32,000 bases of DNA, from positions 3,750,001 to 3,782,000 of the forward strand of contig NC_009664.2 in NCBI RefSeq assembly GCF_000017305.1, read 5' to 3'. Each line of letters begins with the position of its first letter. Position 1 is the stretch's first letter. Below the pieces are notes generated by a model. The model was not told the DNA's origin. It saw only the letters and a list, made by a program, of their open reading frames with translations, and ran no database searches. Origin of the DNA: Kineococcus radiotolerans SRS30216 = ATCC BAA-149. GTDB taxonomy: Bacteria > Actinomycetota > Actinomycetes > Actinomycetales > Kineococcaceae. Shown here piece after piece: positions 24,401 to 30,492 of this stretch. Both the position numbers and the translations under genes were made by a program.

Positions 24401-25365
24401 TCGACCGCTGGACCCGCTCCACCGCCGGGCCCGGGCCGGTGCGCGTCCCCCGGGCCGTCGCGGCGGGCGGGCCGGGTCCCCTCGACGTCCGGGCCGCCGC
24501 CGCCGCGCAGTCGCGGGCCGCGCGGCCCGTCGCCGACCCCGCCGGAGCGGTGCAGCTCGCCCTCGACCTCGGCGACGCCCCCGAGGAGGTCGCGCCCAGC
24601 GGCCTGCCGGAGATGACCGGGGCCGAACGCGTCCGCGCCGAGCTCGACGTCCTCGGGCTCGACGTCAGCTCCCACGTCGTCGACTTCTACGCCCCGCTCC
24701 TGCGCGCGCTGGGGGTCACCCCGGCCCGGGAGCTGCGCTCGCGGCGCAACGCCGCGCAGCTGCTCGTCGCGGGGGTGAAGGTCGCCACCCAGACCCCGCC
24801 GGTCCGCTCGGGGCGGCGGGTCGTCTTCCTCACCCTCGACGACACCACCGGCCCGCTGGACGTGACCTTCTTCGAGGACGCGCAGGGCCCCTACGCCGCG
24901 ACGGTCTTCCACTCCTGGCTGCTCGTCGTGCGCGGGGTGCTGCGGCGCACCGGACCCCGGGGGGTGTCGCTGCGCGCCACCGGGGCGTGGGAGCTGCCCG
25001 CGCTGTGGGACGCCTGGAACGTCGACGGGATCGACGTCGTGCGCGAGCTCATCGCCGGCGCCCCCGACCCCGGCCGCTCCCCGGCCGCGACCCCCACGGC
25101 CCCTCCGGCCCCCCTGACCCCCTCGGCCCCCCTCCCCGCGGAGCACGGCGCGACCGCCGGCGGGACGGGCACCCGGCGCGTGCTGGTGCACGCCAGCGGC
25201 TTCCGGCAGTCCCCCTACGCCGACCTCCGGCCGGCCGGGGAGGACACCCGCAACTCCCGCGCGATCGGCCGGGCCCCCCGGGAGGAGCCGGACCGGGACC
25301 CCGGCGGGCGGGCCGACCCCCCGCGCAAGCTGTGGCACTCCAGCGGCGGGAGCCCCGGGAGGTGA
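21403..25365 (+). CDS. dnaE2: DNA polymerase III alpha-subunit homologue, DnaE2-like (error-prone type)
   Basis: 1320 aa with a TTG start at 21403, GAAGGA 9 nt upstream. The PHP domain shows HLHVASGYSLRYG and LTDRDGLHGAV. Palm catalytic aspartates are in LPDIDLDVES and LLKLDVLGIRM. Fingers show CFQIESPGQRE...SLFRPGPV and GFCKAHAAAFA. The OB-fold segment is LLVAGVKVATQTPPVRSGRRVVFLTLDDTTGPLDVTFF. It lacks the DnaE1 N-terminal HLHNHTEYS pattern and a tau-binding C-terminal domain. Confidence 0.8.
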   Translation: MTTTAPPFPHLHVASGYSLRYGTSTPAALVARAADLGLATLALTDRDGLHGAVKFVRACVDAGIAPVLGVDLATTPTGSATGLPEWADPSVAVRRRGSRAPVRGGSVVDPRWPRITALALGADEAGAGRGWAGLCRLVSATHLGGRRGTPVSSLELVAAHARGTDGRAVLAVLLGPGSELGRAVLARRDDLARAVLRRWQEALPAGSLHLEVVCHHAPPGTAGSVEHAARVLGLAREAGVPAVLTAAVRSAEPDGALTADLLDAVRRLVPLGPRHLDRTTGQGHLLPSAEMARTAADVARAAGDPAAAADLLAATAVLAGRARIDPARDLGLGRHHLPDPAALGLGDDVDQSALLRGRAEARIAARYPGAGASREAEVRRRLDEELAIIEQVGFASYFLTVADVCDLTRAMGVRVAARGSGAGSLVNHLLGISDVEPLGHGLLMERFLNPRRGQLPDIDLDVESARREDVYRAVLDRFGGERVTCVSMMDSYRVRHAVRDVGAALGLPPAEVDAIATAFPHLRARDARAAIAELPELRRSGLGEERLSTFFDLVERLDGLPRHVALHPCGIVLSNRTLLDRTPVEASWRGFPMSQFDKDDVEDLGLLKLDVLGIRMQSAMAYAVREVERVEGVRIDLDDRQQVPLDDPATFRLIRSTRTLGCFQIESPGQRELVGKFAPETFHDIVVDISLFRPGPVKSDMVAPFLRARQGWAAPEFLDDRLRPVLEQTHGVVVFHEQVIEIIRATTGHDLAVSDEYRRHLGTRQGQEEMEPQFKRRAVEHGYPEDVVARIWEVLKAFASFGFCKAHAAAFALPTYQSAWLKTHHPAAFLAGVLTHDPGMYPKRLILDDARNLGVEVLGLDVNASGDTYRVEPVDLPGPRPAPHGQAALHPWPGWREGRDAEGLGEGVADGTGFGIRLSLSDVKGISAAEVSRLVAGQPYRSLADLWQRARPSRPVAERLVLTGALDSLHGLRPVGRAGEPAPRRGRTTRRDLLLQVAELDRWTRSTAGPGPVRVPRAVAAGGPGPLDVRAAAAAQSRAARPVADPAGAVQLALDLGDAPEEVAPSGLPEMTGAERVRAELDVLGLDVSSHVVDFYAPLLRALGVTPARELRSRRNAAQLLVAGVKVATQTPPVRSGRRVVFLTLDDTTGPLDVTFFEDAQGPYAATVFHSWLLVVRGVLRRTGPRGVSLRATGAWELPALWDAWNVDGIDVVRELIAGAPDPGRSPAATPTAPPAPLTPSAPLPAEHGATAGGTGTRRVLVHASGFRQSPYADLRPAGEDTRNSRAIGRAPREEPDRDPGGRADPPRKLWHSSGGSPGR

Positions 25366-25408
25366 CCGGAGCGGCGCGCGGCCACGTCCGCACCGGCGGC
25401 CCCGCCGG

Positions 25409-26215
25409 GTGTCTAGGGTGGGGGACCGCAGCACCGACCGGACGACCACCCGCACGAGCCTGGAGGAACGAGTGGCGAAGGAACGGGGCCGTCCCCGCAC
25501 GTCGACGGTCCTCTGGGAGGGGGTCCAGCGCCTGCTCGCCGACGCGGCCGCCGCGCCCGGCGCCGGGGAACTCACCGTCGTCGACCTCGGCGGCGGGACG
25601 GGCGGCCTCGCCGTGCGGGTCGCCGCGCTCGGCCACCGGGTCGTCGTGGTCGACCCCTCGCCCGACGCCCTCGCCGCCCTCGAACGGCGCACCGTCGAAG
25701 CCGGGCTCTCCGACCGGGTCCGCGCCCTGCAGGGGGACGCGACCGACCTCGCCGCGGTGCTCGAACCCGGCCGCGCCGACGTCCTGCTCTGCCACGGGGT
25801 CCTCGAGGTCGTCGACGACCCGCGCGCCGCGCTGCGCGCCGCCCACGACGCCCTGCGCCCCGGCGGCCGGCTCAGCCTGCTCGTCGCGCAGTGGCCGGCG
25901 AGCGTCCTGGCCCGCGTCCTGTCCGGGCACCTCGACCAGGCGCTGCACGTGCTCTCCGACGCCGACCACCGGTGGAGCGGGCACGACCCGCTGCGGCGCC
26001 GGTTCGACCGCGCCTCGGCGACGGCGCTCGCGCAGGGGGCCGGGTTCACCGTCACCGCGGTCGAGGGCACCCGGACGTTCAGCGACGTCGTCCCCTCCAC
26101 CCGCACCGAGTCCGACGCGGACGTCGAGCTGCTGCGCCGCCTGGAGGCGCTGGCCTCCACGTCCCCGGAGCTGCTCGGGCTGGCCGGGCACCTGCACCTG
26201 CACGCCACCCGCTGA
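25409..26215 (+). CDS. class I SAM-dependent methyltransferase
   Basis: 268 aa. The start is uncertain (GTG 25409 or 25418). Motif I is VVDLGGGTGGLA, with acidic post-I VVVVDPS; also LLCHGVLEVVDDP and LRPGGRLSLLV. An ~80-aa C-terminal extension has no recognised family. Confidence 0.75.
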   Translation: MSRVGDRSTDRTTTRTSLEERVAKERGRPRTSTVLWEGVQRLLADAAAAPGAGELTVVDLGGGTGGLAVRVAALGHRVVVVDPSPDALAALERRTVEAGLSDRVRALQGDATDLAAVLEPGRADVLLCHGVLEVVDDPRAALRAAHDALRPGGRLSLLVAQWPASVLARVLSGHLDQALHVLSDADHRWSGHDPLRRRFDRASATALAQGAGFTVTAVEGTRTFSDVVPSTRTESDADVELLRRLEALASTSPELLGLAGHLHLHATR

Positions 26216-26236
26216 ACCCGTCCCGGGGAGCGGGCG

Positions 26237-27460
26237 GTGAGCCGGCGGCAGCTGCGGCCCGACGGCCCCGGGGGCTGGGGGCTGGACGACGACGACACCG
26301 GCTGCACCGTGCTGCACGCCGACATGGACGCCTTCTACGCCTCCGTCGAGCTGCTGCGCCGCCCCGACCTGGTGGGGACGCCCGTCATCGTCGGCGGCGG
26401 GAACCGCGGGGTGGTGCTGTCGGCGACCTACGAGGCCCGCCGCCACGGCGTGCACGCCGCGATGCCGATGGCCCGCGCCCGGCGCCTGTGCCCGGGCGCG
26501 ACGGTCCTCACCCCCCACCACGAGGACTACGCGCGGATCTCCGCGGGCGTCATGGAGGTGTTCCGCTCGATCACCCCGCTCGTGGAACCCCTCAGCCTCG
26601 ACGAGGCCTTCCTCGACGTCTCCGGCGCCGTCCGCCGCCTCGGCAGCCCGGCCCGGATCGGTGCCGCGCTGCGCGACCGGATCGCCGACGAGCAGGGCAT
26701 CACCTGCTCCGTCGGGGTCGCCTCGACGAAGTTCGTGGCCAAGCTCGCCTCCGGCGCGGCCAAGCCGGACGGGCTGCTGGTCGTCCCCCACGCCCAGACG
26801 GTCGCCTTCCTGCACGCGCTGCCGGTCTCGGCGCTGTGGGGGGTGGGGGAACGCACCGAGGAGACGCTGGCCCGCCTCGGCCTGCGGACGGTCGCCGACA
26901 TCGCCCACACCCCCGTCACGACCCTGGTCCGCGGTCTCGGGGACGCCACCGGCCGGCACCTGCACGCCCTGGCCTGGGGGCGGGACGAGCGCCGGGTCGT
27001 CGCGCTCGCCCCCGAACGCAGCATCGGTTCCGAGGAGACGTTCTCCCGCGACGTGGACGACGCGCGGGTGGTGCACCGGGAGCTGCTGCGGCTGGCCGAG
27101 CGCACCGCCGCCCGGGCCCGGGCGGCCGGGGTGGCCGGGCGGACGGTCGTCCTCAAGGTCCGGTTCGCCGACTTCACCACGATCACCCGCTCCCGCACCC
27201 TGCGCGAACGCACCGACGTCACCCGGGAGGTCCACGCCACCGCGCGGGACCTCTTCGACGCCCTCGCCCTCGACCGGGCCCGGGTGCGGCTGGTGGGGGT
27301 GCGGCTGGAGGGGCTGGCCGAGTCGGCCACCCAACCGCGGCAGCTGGTCCTCGGCGAACGCACCCACGGGTGGCGCGAGGCCGACGGGGCGGTCGACCGC
27401 GCGGGGGCCCGCTTCGGGGCCGGGAGTGTGAGACCGGCCACTCTGCTCCCCCCGCGGTGA
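26237..27460 (+). CDS. dinB: DNA polymerase IV (Y-family)
   Basis: 407 aa with a GTG start. It has VLHADMDAFYASVELLRRPDL.G.PVIVGG, SLDEAFLDVSG, SVGVASTKFVAKLAS..AKPDG and GVGERT. QLVLG at 27341-27355 resembles the E. coli Pol IV beta-clamp-binding C-terminus QLVLGL, and is followed by ~35 extra residues. Confidence 0.92.
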   Translation: MSRRQLRPDGPGGWGLDDDDTGCTVLHADMDAFYASVELLRRPDLVGTPVIVGGGNRGVVLSATYEARRHGVHAAMPMARARRLCPGATVLTPHHEDYARISAGVMEVFRSITPLVEPLSLDEAFLDVSGAVRRLGSPARIGAALRDRIADEQGITCSVGVASTKFVAKLASGAAKPDGLLVVPHAQTVAFLHALPVSALWGVGERTEETLARLGLRTVADIAHTPVTTLVRGLGDATGRHLHALAWGRDERRVVALAPERSIGSEETFSRDVDDARVVHRELLRLAERTAARARAAGVAGRTVVLKVRFADFTTITRSRTLRERTDVTREVHATARDLFDALALDRARVRLVGVRLEGLAESATQPRQLVLGERTHGWREADGAVDRAGARFGAGSVRPATLLPPR

Positions 27461-27689
27461 CCCGGGCCGCCTCCCGGTGAGCGCGGGTCCGTTCCGTCCG
27501 GCAGACTCGCTGTGACCTGCGGTGGAACCGACCGCGGAGCTGCGTCGTTCTCCCCGCTGGAGGGGACGAGACACGCCAAGAGCACCACGGCACGACGCTC
27601 GGTGGGAGACGATGTGGTAAGCCGAGTTTCGTCCGCAGCCACGGGGACATATCCTTTGAAGCACAACGTGCGCACGCCAGGAGGTACAG

Positions 27690-28082
27690 GTGCCGCTCTC
27701 GGAACATGAGCAGCGTCTGCTCGAGCAGATGGAACGTGCGCTGTCCGCGGACGATCCCAAGTTCGCCAACGCCATGAAGGGTTCCCGTCACGGACGCGCC
27801 GCCAGGCGGCGCCTCCTCGTCGGCATCGCTGCCGTCGTGGTGGGTCTCGTGCTCCTCATCATCGGGGCCAGCACGAGCCGGATCTGGCTGGGGGCAGGCG
27901 GTTTCATCGTCATGCTCGCCGGCACGATCTGGGCCTTCTCACCGGCTCGGGGAGCGGGCACCGCCGGTGGGCAGCCCCCCGTGGGGGGATCGCGGCCGGT
28001 GCGGCCGGGGAAGTCGCGCCGGAGCGGGTCCTTCATGGAACGCCTCGAGCAACGGTGGGACCGCCGACGCGGTCAGTGGTGA
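27690..28082 (+). CDS. DUF3040 domain membrane protein (Rv2169c-like)
   Basis: 130 aa. The GTG start has AGGAGG 6 nt upstream. N-terminal MPLSEHEQRLLEQMERALSADDPKFANAMKG is the DUF3040 hallmark. Two TM helices and a basic tail follow. Confidence 0.85.
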   Translation: MPLSEHEQRLLEQMERALSADDPKFANAMKGSRHGRAARRRLLVGIAAVVVGLVLLIIGASTSRIWLGAGGFIVMLAGTIWAFSPARGAGTAGGQPPVGGSRPVRPGKSRRSGSFMERLEQRWDRRRGQW

Positions 28083-28089
28083 TCCACTC

Positions 28090-28112
28090 CTCACCGGGCC
28101 CGGCCCGGTGAG
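28090..28112. terminator. hairpin 1 of three in the convergent intergenic region
   Basis: CTCACCGGGCC-c-GGCCCGGTGAG begins 8 nt after the DUF3040 stop. Confidence 0.45.
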
Positions 28113-28129
28113 GCCAGCACGACCACGCC

Positions 28130-28165
28130 ACGAAGGGCGCCGCGAGACCTCGCGGCGCCCTTCGT
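28130..28165. terminator. hairpin 2: perfect 16-bp stem, 4-nt loop
   Basis: ACGAAGGGCGCCGCGA-gacc-TCGCGGCGCCCTTCGT. This is the strongest stem-loop I found in the window. Confidence 0.6.
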
Positions 28166-28192
28166 CGTCCCCGCCCCCGGGCGGGGACGACG
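28163..28192. terminator. hairpin 3: perfect 13-bp stem, 4-nt loop
   Basis: CGTCGTCCCCGCC-cccg-GGCGGGGACGACG shares 3 nt with hairpin 2 and ends 9 nt before the transglutaminase stop codon (28201). Confidence 0.5.
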
Positions 28193-28200
28193 GGACCGGG

Positions 28201-30492
28201 TCAGTCCCGGTCCCACCACTCCAGGGCCCGCCGGACCCCGGCCATCGGGAAGCACCGGGCCCGCCACCGCAGCCCCCGCGGCCGGCCGGCGGCCACCGCG
28301 TCGACGACGACGTCGACCTGGGCCCGGACGAGGCGACCGGCCTGGCCCGCCCGCGGACGCACCAGCAGCGAGCCCCCCGCGGTCTCCCGCGGGCCGCCGC
28401 CGGAGGCGCCGAAGCGGCTGCTCTCCACCGCCGCCCGCATCCGCTGCACCTCCTGCGCCGCGACCGACCCCGGTTCCAGGAGCTCCGACAGCCCGTCCGC
28501 CCGCTGCCGGGGGGTCGCCGACGGCGCCCAGCGCACCCCCAGGTCGTGGACCCGGTCCTCCAGCTCCGCCCAGGCCGCCTCGGCGGAGGACCCGGTGTCG
28601 TGCACCCCGGCCCACCGGCGGCGGCTGAGCACGGTGGCCGACACCCGCGGGGCGAGCAGCAGCAGCACCAGCGCCAGCGCCCCGAGGACCCAGCCCCACG
28701 GCAGGGCCAGGACCCGGCCCCAGCCGGTCGGCTCCGCCTCGGTGCCGGCGTCGGCCCCGGTGGCGGTGGAGGTCGCGGTGGTGGCCGTCGGCGCGGCCGC
28801 CGAGGAGCTCGCCGCCGAAGGGGCCGCCGAGCGGGACGGGGCGGTCGTCGGCACCGGCACCAGGGGGACGCTCCAGGACGGCGACTGACCGCTCCGCGTC
28901 GCCGGCGTCGGCTCGAAGCGGGTCCACCCCACGCCCTCGAAGTACAGCTCCGGCCAGGCGTGGGCGTCCTGGGCGCTGATCCGCCAGCGCCCGTTCGCGC
29001 TCTCCTCCCCGGGCAGGAACCCGATGGCGACCCGCGCCGGGATGCCCAGCGCCCGGGCCATGACGGCCATCGCGGAGGCGAACTGGACGCAGAACCCGGT
29101 CTTCTGCTCCAGGAACGCCGCGACCGCGTCGGACCCGCCGTCGTTGGGCGCGGTGGTGGAGTAGGTGAACCCGCCGGTGGCGCGGAAGTAGCGCTGCAGG
29201 GCCGCGGCCTGCTCGTAGGGGTCGGAGGCCCCGGCGGTGACCTGGGCCGCGGTGTCGCGCACCACCTGCGGCAGCTCGGGCAGCTCGGTGTAGCGGGACT
29301 CGAGCTCGTCCGGCGCCCGCGGGGCGGCCCGCAGCTCGTCCTCGGTCGGGGCGACCTCGAGGTGGGTGACCTCGTACTGCCGGCCGCGGGTGGTCTCCCC
29401 GTCGCCGACGACGTTGAGGGTGTCGGTCTCGTAGAGCCACTCGCCCTCGATGCCGACGCGCAGGGCCGGGTAGGGCAGCGGCAGGTAGGTCTGGTCCAGC
29501 CCGCGCACCGAGATCGAGGTCCGGCGCACGGTCGAGGCGTCGCGCACGGGGTCCGACAGCCCCGGCGCGGGGTTCAGCCCGTCCTGCACCCGCTGGCTGC
29601 GGGGGATGTCGGCCCCCGTGCTGGGGGCCCAGGTGCGGCCGTCGAACACGTCGGCGGTGACGATGCGCAACGGCGCGGGGTCGGGCTGGTCGGTCTGGTA
29701 CGTGAGGATCGTGGCGTTCGAGCGGGCCCCGAGGCTGGCCTTGAGGTTGAGGATCGGGTTGATCACCGCGATGGTGTCGCCCTGCCCGGTGTCGATCGTC
29801 AGCGGCCGCTCGTCCAGGCCCGGCACCGTTGCGGGCACCGCGACTGCGGCCACCAGGGCCACCGCCGCGGTGGCGCTCGCGGTCACCCCCGCCACCGAGC
29901 GGCGGGCGGGGCCGGGCGGGCGCAGGAGAGAGCTGCGGCGGTCCCCGGCCAGCAGCACCAGGTAGGGGACGCTCGCGAGCACGAACGCGACGGCGCTGGA
30001 CCCGCCCGGGGCCAGGGCCAGCGGCACCGCCACCACGGCGAGCAGCGGCAGCCCGGCCAGCGCGGGCCGGCGGAGGGTGACGGCGAAGAGGTCCACGGCG
30101 AGGGCCAGGAGCCCGGCCCCGGCGACCAGCAGCAGCCGCAGACCGCGCAGGTCGACGGCCGGCACGCTGTAGCGCTGGATGACCTGGACCCCGTCGGTGG
30201 CCAGTTGCGCGAAGCGGCCCGGGGTGGCGGGGGTCGGCACGACCCCCGCCACCGTGGTGCTGCCGCCGAAGAGGACCAGGAGCACGGCCAGGAGGGCGAG
30301 GACCTGCACCGCGACCGCCGGGCCGCGCCGGCGGAGCAGGGCCCGGACCAGCAGCCCGGAGGCGGTCACGGCGCAGACCGCGCTGAACGCGCCGACCAGC
30401 CACCCCGAGGACACGAGGAGCGGTCGCAGGGTGAGCACGGCGGCGGCGCTGGCGACACCGGCCCACAGGGCGGTGCGGGCACTGCGGGTCAC
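28201..30492 (-). CDS. transglutaminase-domain integral membrane protein (TgpA/DUF3488-like)
   Basis: ORF 28201..31656 trimmed to GTG at 30492, overlapping the DUF58 stop (GTGA). The 763-aa protein has ~6 N-terminal TM helices. The transglutaminase core is TGFCVQFASAMAVMARALGIPARVAIGF...DAHAWPELYF.GVGWTRFEPTP. A further TM helix (WGWVLGALALVLLLLAP) and a C-terminal cytoplasmic region follow. Confidence 0.85.
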   Translation of the reverse strand: MTRSARTALWAGVASAAAVLTLRPLLVSSGWLVGAFSAVCAVTASGLLVRALLRRRGPAVAVQVLALLAVLLVLFGGSTTVAGVVPTPATPGRFAQLATDGVQVIQRYSVPAVDLRGLRLLLVAGAGLLALAVDLFAVTLRRPALAGLPLLAVVAVPLALAPGGSSAVAFVLASVPYLVLLAGDRRSSLLRPPGPARRSVAGVTASATAAVALVAAVAVPATVPGLDERPLTIDTGQGDTIAVINPILNLKASLGARSNATILTYQTDQPDPAPLRIVTADVFDGRTWAPSTGADIPRSQRVQDGLNPAPGLSDPVRDASTVRRTSISVRGLDQTYLPLPYPALRVGIEGEWLYETDTLNVVGDGETTRGRQYEVTHLEVAPTEDELRAAPRAPDELESRYTELPELPQVVRDTAAQVTAGASDPYEQAAALQRYFRATGGFTYSTTAPNDGGSDAVAAFLEQKTGFCVQFASAMAVMARALGIPARVAIGFLPGEESANGRWRISAQDAHAWPELYFEGVGWTRFEPTPATRSGQSPSWSVPLVPVPTTAPSRSAAPSAASSSAAAPTATTATSTATGADAGTEAEPTGWGRVLALPWGWVLGALALVLLLLAPRVSATVLSRRRWAGVHDTGSSAEAAWAELEDRVHDLGVRWAPSATPRQRADGLSELLEPGSVAAQEVQRMRAAVESSRFGASGGGPRETAGGSLLVRPRAGQAGRLVRAQVDVVVDAVAAGRPRGLRWRARCFPMAGVRRALEWWDRD

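Noticed and set aside
20710-26325. 1871-aa ORF on the minus strand, the longest ORF in the window
   Set aside because: It runs antisense to the DUF6504-like, HEPN-like, DnaE2-like and methyltransferase genes, all of which have clear family motifs. Its translation is Arg/Pro/Gly/Ala low-complexity with no recognisable domain, which is the typical stop-codon-poor artefact of >70% GC DNA.
27512-27709. 65-aa ORF inside the dinB-DUF3040 intergenic region
   Set aside because: It has no SD, overlaps the well-supported DUF3040 start and its SD, and has no protein-like features. The region is treated as UTR or possible RNA instead.
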